Assembly (NCBI GenBank): GCA_943704425.1
Contig: CALSCP010001830.1
Location: forward strand, 1 to 44,104
Length of the DNA: 44,104 nt
Direction: 5' to 3'
From: Ministeria vibrans ATCC 50519
Taxonomy: Eukaryota > Protista > Filasterea
Shown here: in pieces, positions 1 to 13,860 of the stretch
How the letters are laid out: the number at the start of each line of letters is the position of its first letter
Numbering within the stretch: the stretch's first letter is position 1
Notes under the pieces: generated by a model
Databases searched by the model: none
The model's input: only the letters and a program-made list of their open reading frames with translations
What the model was told of the DNA's origin: nothing
Program-made: the position numbers and the translations under genes

Positions 1-89
<89 letters not shown>
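1..89. repeat. (CT)n microsatellite at the window edge
   Basis: Pure tc dinucleotide run. Confidence 0.95.
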
Positions 90-91
<2 letters not shown>

Positions 92-118
92 CGTGTGGTT
101 TTGTTGTGTGTTACTTAC

Positions 119-1781
119 TTGTGCAAAGTAGGAAAAAAAATCCGGTGAGACCTCAAGATCTTCCTCAAGAATTATTGCATATTCACTCTACAGTTGTAAA
201 CACAAAAGAGAATAAGTCAAAAGTCAAAATAAACGAGAGCTGGGGGAGGGGGGTGGGCGGGTAAGTACCTTCGGAAACTCGTTGAAAGCAGTGGAAAGAC
301 TAAATTGATAGTTTCTATGTACAGAGGATCGAGAGAGTAAAGGATAGGGGAAGAGAGAAAGAGACTGGGTGGCCTTACGCGCATATTCGGCCGTTCTTCG
401 TGCCCTTGGGCGAGTGGGCCACCATGCGCAGTCCAAAGAGCGCAATCACGTCGCGCACATGTGCATAAAACCCATCGACAAATACCATCACGTTGCGTCG
501 TACAAAGCCCTAAAAAAAAGACATAGTTAACCGGCCAGTCAGTCACTCAGTCAGTTGCAATACCGATGCGCGGACAAGTGCGGAGAGCATCCGGTAGAGG
601 TACTGAGGACGGTTACTGGCGACGATGACAATCGGGATATGGGCGAGCAGGGCTGTGTGTTCGGCGCTCAAAGGTGCTGGGAGCGTTTCAAGCAGGTCGG
701 GTGTACCGCTGCAGTGACACAGGTCGCCGTACCCTGACGGTGGTCGAGTGAGCAGCGTGACGAGCGTAAACATTTGTTATTTTCGTTGTTTGTTACCTTC
801 GTACTTCGCGCAAAAAGATCGGCGCAGGGTGTTTTCCGGTGTATTCGACCAGGAGCATGGGGTCACAGGTGTTACATGCTCAATATTCACTACAAATACG
901 CACGATGAGAAAAGAGCACTGTTCCAGATTCATACCGCTCAGCTGAGTGGGCTGAGCCCATTCGGAGAAGGACGGTGATTTTGCATGTGATTCGGCAACG
1001 AGCAGCGGTGCAGAGCTGTCTTTGTATGCCACAAGAGCGTACGTGTCGCGCCAGCCAAGATGGGTGCACTTGGAAGCACAACAAGGTCAACACACAGTCT
1101 CGTAGCTCGAGTGTTAGTGCGTACCTTGTCACAGCCAAACGAGATCCGCAACAGTTCGCGCCCTTGAGCGCCCAGGCTCATTGATGCTTCATCCTACGGA
1201 AGGAAAGGCCGAGTGTCGGAAGAGGCAGACAGTGGCATGTGGGCATGTGCACCTTGACAGCAAGCGCAACAAGGCGTCCGTCGCGCACACTGGCCAGGAA
1301 GACCGCCAGGCTCTCCACCGCACCCGCCATGTACGTGTCAAACGACCGCATCGCCATGACCGCTCCCTACGCACACAGAGACAGAGACAGAGACACGCAT
1401 GTGGATCCACACATACACACACACACACACACAAGCACCGACGCGTTAGTAAGTCACGGCAGGCGGCAGGGATGGCGCAAACCAAAGACGCACCTCGGGC
1501 GAGAGAACTGCAACGTGCATGCCTCGGTCGCCGTCGCCCTGGCGATCCAGCACCGTCACGTTGTTCACACTGAGGACGACAGCCGACTTGGACGACAGCA
1601 GCGTCAGCTGGAGGGGCGCGGGGGCCGTGCGCAGACGGGGCAGCGAGAGGGAGGGGAGAGAGGGAACGAGCGGCGCCGACAGACTCACGAGAAAGTACAC
1701 ATTGGCCAAAACGAAAACCACGATCAGCCCCATGAGAAACCGCGCAATCCACGATCGAAATCCACCAAGGGTGGAGGCCAT
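119..1781 (-). CDS. POMGNT1: Protein O-mannose beta-1,2-N-acetylglucosaminyltransferase 1-like (GT13), multi-exon, 3' part beyond the window edge
   Basis: ATG at 1781 and an N-terminal TM (FLMGLIVVFVLANVYFLVSL). Stem-domain motifs RGMHVAVLS and AMRSFDTY. Catalytic-domain motifs IPIVIVASNRPQYLYRMLSAL, VMVFVDGF..VIALFGLR, NYQFSLSTAFNEFPK and AIILEEDLEVSPDFFSYF (exon 187-119). GT-AG introns. Confidence 0.85.
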
Positions 1782-1903
1782 CTTCAACCAAACAATGTGA
1801 AAAATAAAATTGTCAATTGTGTGTGTGTGTGTGTGTGTAAAATTACTCTTCTAATTTCTTCCTTTAACTAACAGATCGATTTTGGTACAAATACATTTTT
1901 TGT

Positions 1904-2230
<327 letters not shown>

Positions 2231-2246
2231 TTCTTATTGTAAATAG

Positions 2247-2621
2247 GAGAATGAAATGGACGATGCGGACGTGTCTTACTTTGTCAGGGCACTCGAGCGA
2301 TTCCCTTCCCACCAGGTAAATTTTAACACATTGTATCACACACATGCACACACACACACGACGCAAAAACAAGTATTATTATCTTTTCAAACTCGACCAA
2401 CAGCACGCACTATAAAATTTAATTAAACTGAATCATCATCTCACGCGAACCAACAGGAAGTTATCAGCGGTCAAATCAGCGCAGAAAAGGCGGGCATCTA
2501 CACACTCTACTTTGACAATACGTATTCGCGTCTCATGAACAAGAAGCTCTGGTTTTCTGTCCAGGTGGCCCCGCGCGTCGTCTCGGCCGATCCCAGCGAC
2601 TCACATTCCTTCACTTCTTGA
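2247..2621 (+). CDS. Last two exons of a GOLD-domain protein (SEC14/ACBD3/TMED8/FYCO1-type GOLD); upstream exons not found
   Basis: Exons 2247-2315 (ENEMDDADVSYFVRALERFPSHQ) and 2457-2621 (EVISGQISAEKAGIYTLYFDNTYSRLMNKKLWFSV...stop). GxYxLxFDNTYS..K is the GOLD C-terminal signature. Canonical splice sites. Confidence 0.75.
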
Positions 2622-2719
2622 CTTTTACACGCTGAATCCCAATACCAACTATACTAATAATAATCATAATAATATTTTCCTTTTACATCAAAAAATCACC
2701 ACACAAATAATATAAATAA

Positions 2720-3620
2720 TTAGAACTTTTTCCACATGAAATGGAGCTCGTCACATTGGAAGCCGCACTTTTCGTAGAATCCCACATTGGTTCGATTGCA
2801 GTCCAGAGATACTTTGTAACAGCCCACTGCTTCACTGAGCTTCTTCAGAGTCTCAATGATACTACAATGGTACATAAAAACCGGTTGTTACACCATTAGT
2901 CCCCCCTTTTCTCTGCTGGCTTACATCTTCCCAAGCTGTTTTCCTCGATAGCCCTGGTCCACTACAATGTCTTCAACGTGCCCTCTCTTTACACAAATCA
3001 CAGAGAACAATTCAGAACGTATGTGCGACTGTATATAATTATATATAATATAATTATTATATAATTATAGTATATTATATTGTAGTGTGTGTGTGTGTAT
3101 GCGTGTACCTTAGACGTCTCATGGATAAACTTGAGCTCCACCAACAGAGTGCCACAGCACACCAATTTGCTACAGGCAACGTCTTCCACAACGACAACGT
3201 AGTAGGTTCCCTTGCGCGCCTGCATTTCGCGAAATCGGTCTAGAGCACAGAGCGAGAGAGAGGCGCACCATGCGACGTGTGAGAGGGCCCCACTCGGCCG
3301 TGCGCTGCGTCGCCCGCGCCCCACGCCCCCTCCTCACCTTCAAACTTCTCCTTGGTCACATCCCCAACAACCGTGAGTTGCGACAGCAGCGGCACAAAGC
3401 CTAATTTGGCCGCACGACGGTCAGGACGAGAGAGAGACAGAGAGAGAGTGTGTGTGTGTGCAGTCGCAGTACCTTTGTCATAGTCCCCAATCTCCAACGG
3501 CCGCATTACCAGCCCTTCCTCCAGCTTCCCTGGACGCATCGAGTTCTCTGCAAACGTAACGTCCATCTCGCTAAAGCTGAGGGCTGTCAGCAAACCTGCA
3601 TCAAAAAGTTCGCTGATCAT
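2720..3620 (-). CDS. GNA1: Glucosamine-6-phosphate N-acetyltransferase (GNAT), multi-exon
   Basis: MRPLEIGDYDKG, FVPLLSQLTVVG, LLVELKFIH, RGHVEDIVVDQGYRGKQLGK, GCYKVSLDC..NVGFYEKCGF. ATG 3620, stop 2720-2722. Confidence 0.92.
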
Positions 3621-3788
3621 TGTGCAAAAAAAGAAAAAGTGACTGTTGAAACTTGAACAGAAAAAGTCTGATCTGTAAACCTCATTATTTGTAATTTTAA
3701 GTTTTAACATTTTCGTTGCTCCCTCTCACTCGCTCTTTTACTCAACCACAACTCAAACCTACCACCGTCCGTTTCTTCCTTTCGCCCG

Positions 3789-6700
3789 ATGACGACGCGG
3801 TAAGCGCCACGGCGTCTCGTTGCTCACGATCAATCTGATCTCTCTGTCGTTCGTCTCACTCAGACTGGACCGTTTGATTCTGTTGCTTGACACCGGAAGC
3901 ACAAGCACCACTCGCAAGGCGGCCGCGCAGCAGATAGGCGATGTCATCAAGTATCATCCCCACGAGCTGCAGCCGCTGCTAGCGCGCGTACGGAAGCGAA
4001 CAGTCGCATTCTTCTCCAAACGCAATCTCAACGAACCTTTGTTTTTCCCTCTCTCTCTCTCTCTCTTTCTTTCTCTCTTTCTCTCTCAGGTGCTCGTGTA
4101 CGTCCGCAGCGACAACTGGGAGACTCGCACCGCCGCTGTCCTGGCCATCGACGCCATGGCGCAGAATGTGCCGCAGTTTGAGCCGGCGAGTGCGTCGATG
4201 GACACGACGGGCGACGACGACGACTCCGGCATGCTCAGGGTGGAGACGTTTGACATTCGACGCGTCCTGCAAAATGGCCGTCCACTTCTGGGCTCCGCCG
4301 GCACCGAGTATGACGTTGACTTGTCTGACGTGCCCCATGCGGAACGCATGAAAATGCAACACAAGATGCTCATGCAGCGTCTGGGGCTCGAGCAGATCGA
4401 CACCGTCGTCGGCGGCAATGAACATTTGCTGCAGGCTGACGATATCAATGCGCGCAGGGAACAGGCCAAGAGACAGTTAGCTGCCGAGCAAGACGGCGCA
4501 TCGCAGCAGCCCGAGGCAGACGCTGTCAACGAACTCACAAACCTCAGTGCGCGTGAACGGAATCGCCTCAAACGCCTCGCCAAAGCTGGCAAGAAGGTAC
4601 TAATCTCTTTCATCCCTCCCCCCTATTCGCTCGCTCTCACCTTTTCATCTCACTCCGTCTTGTATTTTCTTCTTCTTCTTTTCCGTCAAACCCACTTCTA
4701 AACAGGAAAAAGAGGCTGAAGGACGCCGTCTTGGTGCAATGGAGTTTGCCCTGGAAAAACGTCGACTGGAAACGGAGGAACGCGAGGCAAAACGACTGCG
4801 TCTGATGGATAGCGAAACAGGCAATGCCCCTGCTGCGACCTGTGTTGCCGCTGTGTCGGAGCAGACCATGACGGAGGGCGACAAGCTCGTGATTGAAAGC
4901 AAGGTGGTGGCGGAGTCGGCCGAGGCGGACGATGCGGCAAACATTGAGTGGCCCTTCGAGGCGCTTTGTCAGGAATTGCTGCACGACATCTTTGATCCAG
5001 TGTGGACGGTGCGTCACGGGGCACTGGCCACATTGCGTGAGATTATTCGTGTACATGGTCGAGGTGCTGGACGTCGTGTGGGTGCAAGTAACAACGACCA
5101 GGCGAACCAGGCGTGGCTCGAGGATGTCCTTGTGCGTCTTCTCTGTGTGTTTGCTCTCGATCGGTTTGGTGATTATGTGGGCGATCAAGTGGTAGCACCC
5201 GTGCGTGAGACCGCCGCACAAGCCCTTGGTGTCACACTGCGATTGCTTAGTGCACGCGCTGTGGAGCTTTGCGTGCAACTAGTCGGCCATTTGCTTGATC
5301 AGCCGCAATGGCAATCGCGTCACTCCGCCCTGCTCAGTCTCAAGTATGTATGTGCTGTGCGCGCCGACATGGCTACCGAACTGCTGCCGGTCATTGTCCC
5401 TGCTCTCATGCGTGGTCTTGTCGACACCGAAGACGACGATGTGCGTGCAGTCGCCGCAGAAGCATTCCAGCCCATCATTTTACAGCTTGTCGCGGACCTT
5501 CCCGAAGCCATTCCGCCTTTACTCACTGCGCTCTGGGACGCGCTTGTTCACGTTGACGATCTTACTGCCTCCATGAGCGGCACTCTGGCGCTTCTTGCAA
5601 AGCTTCTCAGTGTCTCTGCCGTGCGTCGTCTGTATGGCGATGAGGCTGGGGCGCGTCTGTTGGCCACCAATGTGCCGCGTCTCTGGCAGTGCTTCTCGCA
5701 CAACCAGACCGACGTGCGTCGGGCCGCCTTTGAGTCCTTTGAGTCGTTGCTGCGTCCGCCCAGTCTGGAGTGTGACCAAGCAGATCAACAACTGCAGCAA
5801 CAACAGGTGTGGGTGTGGAGTGTAGTCCAGGACGCTATGCGACACACATACCACCGTTTACTCGTGGAGGAGAAGCCGCACGTCATAGAATGTGCTCTGC
5901 GCGTGTGGACGGTTCTCGTTGAAATGTGTGGCTCCAACACGGCGGCTGCAACTTTTGCAGGGACAACACAGGCCATTGCGCAGCTTGTCCCACAATGGAT
6001 CGAGATGATTGCCACTCCCTGCGGTGGCGCCTTTCCCAATAGAAACAACGGAACCAATGTGCCGGCGGGTGGCTCTCATGCGCACGTCAACGAAAGTGCT
6101 TGGCACGGTGCCCGTGACCGTGCCTGTCGCTGCCTTGGTGTTCTTCAGAGTGCCTGGCCTGCGACGCTTGCTCTTGTGGACGCCCATCTTCATGGCATGA
6201 TGGCGTCGCACAGCGGCGAGCATCTCATTTGTGCATTCATGGTGGCCGCCGAGCGTTCTCGCTATGGCCGTGGCTGTGGTCGCGCTGCCGAGTCGGAGAC
6301 GTTCAAGGCGTCGCTGCTTGCCGCACTTGATCGTGTGTCGGCCTTGAAACAGGCGGCCTCCGCCAACACTGGGGATCCCACTCCTTTTGACGAACTGACA
6401 CCCCTCCTCGAACCAGTTCTCACGCTGTCGCGTGCGGTTGTCTCGTCGTTTATTGAGCGATGTTCCCAGGGCGTTACCCAAGCGGACTTGCCTACTCGCA
6501 TTGACGATGAGAGCGCGACTGCCATTGGCACCACCAAGTTTGCCGAGTGGTCGCGTGTGTCGAAAATCAACGGACGTGCCGCACTGGACCAGAGTGAGAG
6601 CCGTCGACAGCGACTCATGGACGCGCTTGGCGTGCTTCAGCACCGTCGTGAAATGATGTGCGTGCGAGTGCAGGCGGCACTTGCTGCCGCTTTCATTCAC

Positions 6701-9700
6701 GCCAGTCTGTTCCCGCCCAAACTCTCGCCATTGATCAAGCCGCTCACTGACACACTGCAACTCGAGGAGGACCCCGTCTACCGTCGACGGGCGGCCACCG
6801 CTCTGGCGCGCCTTATTGACCTGTGTCGTAAACGCACTCCGTCGCCCAATGACAAGCTTGTCAAGAACCTGTGTGTGTTTGCCTCGCGCGACCCTGTACA
6901 TGCGCCTCCCGCCGATGCAGACAAGGCATCGAGTCGGGATGGCATTCGCACGCTCACTGTTGAAGACGAGGAAATTGCACGTCAGCAGGTGGCGCTGGCA
7001 GCGAAGCGCAAGCAGCGTATGTTGCAAGTGAAAAAGAAGGGGAAGAAGAGTCGCAAGCGTAAGGCGGGCGATGACAATGGCGATGACCCTGATGGCGAGG
7101 AAGAGGACGATGACGATGACAATGACGAGGAAATGGCGAGCACCGGCTCGGCGGCTCTGGCATTGTGTGGCGCAGTACAAGAGGAGGAGACGGCGGAGCA
7201 GCGAGCGAGTCGTCGCACGCGACTGGGCGGCACTGCGGCTCTTCAGGCTTTGGTGCGGCTTTTTGGCGCTCTTGATTCGCTTCTGCCGCGTCTGTGGGCA
7301 TGTGCCACAGCCGATGTGCGCAATGCCGACGCAAGCGTGTCCAGCGTTATTGATGCCTTTCAAGTGCTCGAGATTGTCACGCGTGTCTCGACGGTGGACC
7401 ACGCGAGCCTGGCCAACAACACGTACGAGGCAGTGGAGCGTGCGGAGACGGCGGACGAGACGGCCATTGCACATCTGTCGTCGATTCTCATGAGCGAACT
7501 GGAGCACGTTTTGGCACGTTTACGACACGAACATGCGGGTGTGCGTCACATGGCGGCGCGGTGTGTTGCTGCTGTGGCGGTGCGATGCGGTGCGCCTGCA
7601 GTGGAGCGCATTGTGGCAACGCTGCCGACTATGATGGACGATACGGAGCACGGGAGTGTACGACTGGGTGCGACCGAGGCGCTCTTCTTGGTAGTACGTG
7701 AACTGGGTCTGCATTGTGCCGCCTATGTGTGCTTTCTTGTGATGGGTGCGATGGCTCGCATGTCCGATCCGCTTCCGCCTGTACGTCGTCTTTGTGCTCG
7801 TTCCTTTGCCGAGCTTGTTCGCCTGATGCCCCTCGAAGCCGGTACTCCCGATCCAGTGGGTCTCTCAGCGGAAATGTCAGCCCGTCGCACGGTCGAGCGT
7901 CGCTTTATCGAGCAGCTCATGGACGTGAGCAAACTCGAGGCGGCCCCTGTGCCCCCGTCTATTCGTGCCGAGTTGCGCTCCTACCAGCGTGCGGGACTTT
8001 CATGGCTGCAGTTTCTGCGTCGCTACAACTTGCATGGGATTCTCTGTGACGACATGGGTTTAGGAAAGGTACAAAGCACAGGCGGGGGGAAGAGGAGAGA
8101 GAACGACAAGAGAATCTGATACGAAAATGACCATCGTTTTTTTTTATGTACCTCTTAGACTCTGCAGAGCATTTGTGCGATTGTAAGTGAGCGAGACGCG
8201 TGTGCCGAGACTGGGCGCACACAACTGCCGGCACTGGTGGTGTGTCCACCGACATTGACAGGGCATTGGGAGGCTGAGATTGCGACGTTTGCACCGCAGC
8301 TTACCTGCCTGCAGTTTGTGGGGACACCCAAGGCGCGTGAGGCGCTGCGTAAGCGCGTGCGCAAGTACCATGTTGTGGTGGCACCGTACGACGCCATTCG
8401 ACGGGACATTGATTTTTTCAGTGCCCAGCCGTTGAGCTACTGCATTCTCGATGAAGGACACATTATCAAGAACAGCGCGGCCAAGATGACACAGGCGATC
8501 AAGCGACTTGAGGCGCGCCATCGCCTGATTCTGAGTGGCACACCCATCCAGAACAATGTGCTTGAGCTCTGGTCGCTCTTTGACTTTCTCATGCCAGGCT
8601 ATTTGGGCACTGAACGGCAGTTTAGCGATCGCTATGGTCGTCCCATTCGCCAGTCACGCGATGCCAAGAGCAACTCACAGCAGCAGCAACAGGGTGTGCT
8701 TGCGCTCGAGGCGCTCCATCGGCAAGTGCTGCCCTTCCTGCTGCGCCGCATGAAGGAGGATGTGCTTCACGATCTGCCACCCAAGATCATCCAGGACTAC
8801 TACTGCACGCTGAGTCCACTCCAGCTGCGTGTCTACGAGCACTTTGGCCAGTCGCAGGCACTGTCGCATGTTTCGTCCGAACTCAAGGCATCCAAGGCGA
8901 GCGGCGTTGCGGCGGCCACGCAGCCGGCTGGGCACGTCTTCCAAGCACTGCAGTACCTGCGCAAGCTGTGTAATCACCCTGCGCTGGCTATCACTCCAAA
9001 GCACCCTCGCTTCACCGAGATCCAGAGCGAGCTTGCACAGCAGAACTCGTCGTTGCGAGACATTGTACATGCGCCCAAGTTGGTTGCTTTGGAGGAGCTT
9101 CTACGCGAATGTGGCATTGGCGGAGGTCACGACAACAACACCATGGGGCGCAGTGGTGGTGGTGGCGGTGGTGGTGGCGGTGGCGGCGGCGGTGGAAGCA
9201 CAGCAGAGGAATCGTCTGTGCTTGAGGGAGACGCAGTGGGACAGCACCGTGTCCTGCTATTCTGCCAGATGAAGGCCATGCTGGACATCATCGAGCAGGA
9301 CTTGCTGCGCGCACGCATGCCTTCAGTGAGCTATCTGCGTCTCGACGGAGGCACCGAGGCCAACCGCCGCCACGACATTACGGTGCGCTTCAACTCAGAC
9401 CCGACCATTGATATTCTTTTGCTCACCACTCAAGTTGGCGGTTTGGGTCTCAATCTGGTAAGAGTAATTACTCTATTATTATTAATTTATTTTATACGTT
9501 TTTTTTTTCAGACTGGCGCAGACACAGTGATCTTTTTCGAGCATGATTGGAATCCAATGAAGGACCTTCAGGCAATGGATCGTGCGCATCGCATTGGACA
9601 GAAACGCGTTGTGAATGTGTATCGGCTTATCACTCGACACACTTTGGAGGAGAAGATTATGGGGTACATTGCAAAGTCACAGCTTAGTGTGTGTTTCTGA

Positions 9701-10003
9701 CAAGTATGAATTTATAGGTTGCAAAAGTTTAAGCTGAACATTGCCAACACAGTGATTACCAAAGAGAACGCGTCACTGCGGTCCATGGGTCCAGACCAAG
9801 TGCTTGACCTGTTCTCTTTGACCCCAGGCGCAGCCGCAGGAGCAGGAGCAGACGGGGCGGCAGTACCGAGGGAGAAGGAGACGGAAGGGGAGGAGGGCGA
9901 GGAGGGTGGCTTCAAAGGGGTGGTGGAGAAGCTGGAGGAGCTATGGGATGAGAAGCAGTATGATAATGAGTATGATGTCGATGCGTTTCTGTCGCGCGTC
10001 TGA
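3789..10003 (+). CDS. BTAF1: TATA-binding protein-associated SNF2 ATPase (Mot1/BTAF1), multi-exon
   Basis: MTTR|[87 protein letters not shown]-terminal ELWDEKQY. Confidence 0.96.
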
Positions 10004-10187
10004 GACAATCGAGAACGAGAAAGAGGAAAATGTACACTTTCGTTTGGGTATTTTGGGACGTTTTTCATTGTGTATTGAATCACGCGAACACACAAACACA
10101 CACACAAGAAAAGAGGACACATAAAAGACACACAGACAAACGGAAGAAAGAGAGAGAGGCGCAAATGGCGAGAGAATTGGCCATCGA

Positions 10188-12046
10188 TTACTGAACAATC
10201 TTCTTGATCTTGCCAATGGCGATGGTGATGCCTTCGTCGCGCAGCATGAACCGGCCCAACTGCGGCATGTCGTCGTAGCATGCAATGCAGATGGGCTGTG
10301 CGACGCGCAGACGGGCCACCACCAGGCTGTCTTGCTTGATGTACCGCGGACGGCTCTCCAGCTTCTTGCCAGTCTTACGGTCCAGAGTCATGATCAGATG
10401 CTGAAACGAGAACCCAAAGCGACACACAACAACACAGTGAGATCATTCGCGCATAAAGTAGACTGTACAAAAGAAAGCGTACCGTCAGAGTGACCTCCTC
10501 GCTGGCCGCATGGACGTGCAGGACGGCCGTGAAGCCCGGGCAGATGATCGACTTGTACTCGAGCACCATAATCTGTGCGTCAAACACTGTTGCCGTCTGC
10601 ACTGGCGCTTCCGGTGAGCACAGGACAAAGCCCGGTGAAATTTCCTGCGTTTATAATTGAGTGGGTATGAGCGTGTGTGTCGGCGAGGAAGGGAGCGAGT
10701 GAGAGAGAGAGAAGAGAGGGAAAGAAACAAAGTGATAGAGAGAGAGAGAGAGGGAGAGAGAGAAACAAAGTGATAGAGAGAGAGAGAGTGTGTGTGTGTG
10801 TGTGTGTGTGATGGTTTACATCTTCGTTGACGTTTGAAACACGCAGTTTGAGGGTGTCACCAGCACGAGCGCCTGCGACTTCCTCTTCATCGACAAAGGC
10901 CTGTGTGACCTTGACAGTAGTCTGAGAGAGAGAAAACAAAAAAGGAAAAGGGAATGAGGGTGTGTTGCAGTAGAACTGTGATTAGGGTTAGGAGTTAGGA
11001 GTTGGGCTTTACCCTGTTGGGCATGACGAGAAGACTGTCGCCCACACGCACTGTGCCCGCCTCGAGCTTTCCCGACAAAACCACGCCCATGTCCTTGTGC
11101 TTGTCGACGATTGGCATGCGCACAGGCGCATCTGCAAGACGATCCATTGGCTTGAGCTCGTCCAGAAACTCCAACAGAGAAGGTCCACTACCGAAAGAAT
11201 AGGAAGAAAAAAAAGTTCAACTTTAGTGGGACAAGACGCAAGTAAGGAAAGGAACGTACGAGAACCACGGACAGACCCCCTCGGGAATGCGTTCTTTGAG
11301 GTTCACTCCGGCCTGTCCCGACACTGGCATAAAAAACAGGTCTGTACAGGGCGTGGGAGAAAGAGTGAGCGACTTTCGTTGTATGTCTTGTGTATTGTAC
11401 ATGTGTGACTGTACCTGTTTTGGGGTTGTAACCCGATTGTTTGAGGAACGGCTTTAGTTTGCCAACAATCTCATCATATCTAAATCATAGTGAGAATGTA
11501 AGCCACGGTCACTCCCAATATCTCATAATTATATTTTTGTGTCTGTTGATGCTATACCGCTCTTGAGACCAATTAACGGTCGAGTCGTCCATCTTGTTGA
11601 TGGCCACCACCAGCTGCTTCACACCCGATGTCTTGGCAAGGACTGCGTGCTCACGCGTCTGTCCTCCTCGGTCAAACCCAGTCTCAAACTCCCCTTTGCG
11701 CGCACTAATCACCAAAACACCCACATCTGCCTGTTGAAAAGAGACAAAATGCAAATGAGTGAGTGGCGTCGAGTGAGAGCGTCAATGGCTAATCCAATCG
11801 ATTAAGTGGGTGACTGAGTGAGTAACAAATGTACGTGAGTAAGTGAGTGAATGAGTGAGAGGGGAGCGGGTGAGTGAGTGAGATTGAGGAGTGATTTACT
11901 TGAGCTGCGCCTGAAATCATATTGGGAACAAAGCACTTGTGACCGGGCGCATCGAGAATGGAATAGCGCTTGGTTTCAGTCGTGAAATGAGCTCGACCCA
12001 CTTCCACTGTCTTGCCCTTGTCACGTTCTTCCTGAGAATTCAAGAG

Positions 12047-12078
<32 letters not shown>

Positions 12079-13074
12079 AGGCATGAAATATGCATAATAT
12101 GTATACATACATATGTATGAACATATGTATACGTCACAATTGCTTACAATGTTGGTGTCGAGGGCCCAACTAAGGTACCATGTCTCGCGATTCTTCTCCT
12201 TGGCCTCTCGCTCGTACTTCTCCAGAGTGCGCTGGTCCACTTGGCCCGTTAGGTACATAATATGTCCTCCAATGGTCGATTTACCCGCATCTACGCATGA
12301 TGTGTATGAGTCGCGAGAGACACACAAAGCAGTGATACAGTGACATAGTTGCTACTCTGTGTGGGTGGGTGGGTGTGTGTGTGTGCGTACCGACGTGTCC
12401 AATAAAAATGATGTTGAGGTGCTCGCGTGAGTCGAGCTCCGGTTTGGATGCGCCGCTCTTGACGCCCTTGCGCGGCGCTTCCTCTTCTTCATCGGCCTCA
12501 TCTGCTGCTGTTGTTGCTGCTTCTGTTGTTGATGCTGATGCTGCGGGTTCGTCTGTGTCCGTTTCCGCTGCTTCGTCGTTCCCGTCTGTGGTCGCTGCAT
12601 CGTCGTCGTTGCATTCGGCGGCCTTTGCCGCTGCTGCCGCCGCCTCCTCTTCCTCCTTCTTTTTCTTGGCTGCAGCCTTTTCAGCCTTGCGTCGCTCCTT
12701 TTGTCTCTGACGCTCGGCTTCCTCCGCTTCCTTGCGGCGTGCCTCGCGCTCGTCCTCCTCCGCCTGACGCTTCTTCTTGATTGCCTCGCGTTCCGCACGC
12801 TTCTCCTCCTCGATGCGCTTGCGCTCCTGTGCCGCTGCAACGGCAGCCGGGTCAAGAACAGGGGCAGGTGCAGCGGCAGCAAAGCCGGGCGGCGCGTATC
12901 CCTGCTGCGGCATGTACTCCGCCTGAGGCGCATAGCCATAGTGCTGCGGCGGCTGCTGCTGCTGCTGTGGCGGCTGGTACGCTCCATACTGGGCAGCGTA
13001 CGGGTCGTACGGCGCCGGGACACCGCCGTTGTAGCCGTGGAGCGGCATTTGCTGCTGCTGCGGCGGTACAGCGC
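10188..13074 (-). CDS. GSPT1: Eukaryotic peptide chain release factor 3 GTPase, multi-exon; first exon(s) lie in or beyond the N-gap
   Basis: [10 protein letters not shown]|[90 protein letters not shown]. Confidence 0.95.
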
Positions 13075-13115
13075 CTGAGAGAAAGACATGACATTCGATC
13101 ACAAGGAAAAAAAAA

Positions 13116-13860
13116 NNNNNNNNNNNNNNNNNNNNNNNNNNNNNNNNNNNNNNNNNNNNNNNNNNNNNNNNNNNNNNNNNNNNNNNNNNNNNNNNNNNNN
13201 NNNNNNNNNNNNNNNNNNNNNNNNNNNNNNNNNNNNNNNNNNNNNNNNNNNNNNNNNNNNNNNNNNNNNNNNNNNNNNNNNNNNNNNNNNNNNNNNNNNN
13301 NNNNNNNNNNNNNNNNNNNNNNNNNNNNNNNNNNNNNNNNNNNNNNNNNNNNNNNNNNNNNNNNNNNNNNNNNNNNNNNNNNNNNNNNNNNNNNNNNNNN
13401 NNNNNNNNNNNNNNNNNNNNNNNNNNNNNNNNNNNNNNNNNNNNNNNNNNNNNNNNNNNNNNNNNNNNNNNNNNNNNNNNNNNNNNNNNNNNNNNNNNNN
13501 NNNNNNNNNNNNNNNNNNNNNNNNNNNNNNNNNNNNNNNNNNNNNNNNNNNNNNNNNNNNNNNNNNNNNNNNNNNNNNNNNNNNNNNNNNNNNNNNNNNN
13601 NNNNNNNNNNNNNNNNNNNNNNNNNNNNNNNNNNNNNNNNNNNNNNNNNNNNNNNNNNNNNNNNNNNNNNNNNNNNNNNNNNNNNNNNNNNNNNNNNNNN
13701 NNNNNNNNNNNNNNNNNNNNNNNNNNNNNNNNNNNNNNNNNNNNNNNNNNNNNNNNNNNNNNNNNNNNNNNNNNNNNNNNNNNNNNNNNNNNNNNNNNNN
13801 NNNNNNNNNNNNNNNNNNNNNNNNNNNNNNNNNNNNNNNNNNNNNNNNNNNNNNNNNNNN
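13116..13860. other. Assembly gap (N run)
   Basis: Run of n bases; probably hides the 5' ends of eRF3 and ALYREF. Confidence 0.99.

Noticed and set aside
5858-7507. 549-aa antisense ORF within BTAF1, and similar antisense ORFs in THOC2 and INTU
   Set aside because: Shadow ORFs of GC-rich coding sequence with no recognisable motifs.
9152-9196. Poly-Gly tract in BTAF1
   Set aside because: Simple trinucleotide expansion in a loop known to be variable.
10982-11006. TTAGGG-like repeats (ttagggttaggagttaggagttggg)
   Set aside because: Only one exact unit, inside a short eRF3 intron; better explained as CTAAC-like intronic words than as a telomere or telomerase template.
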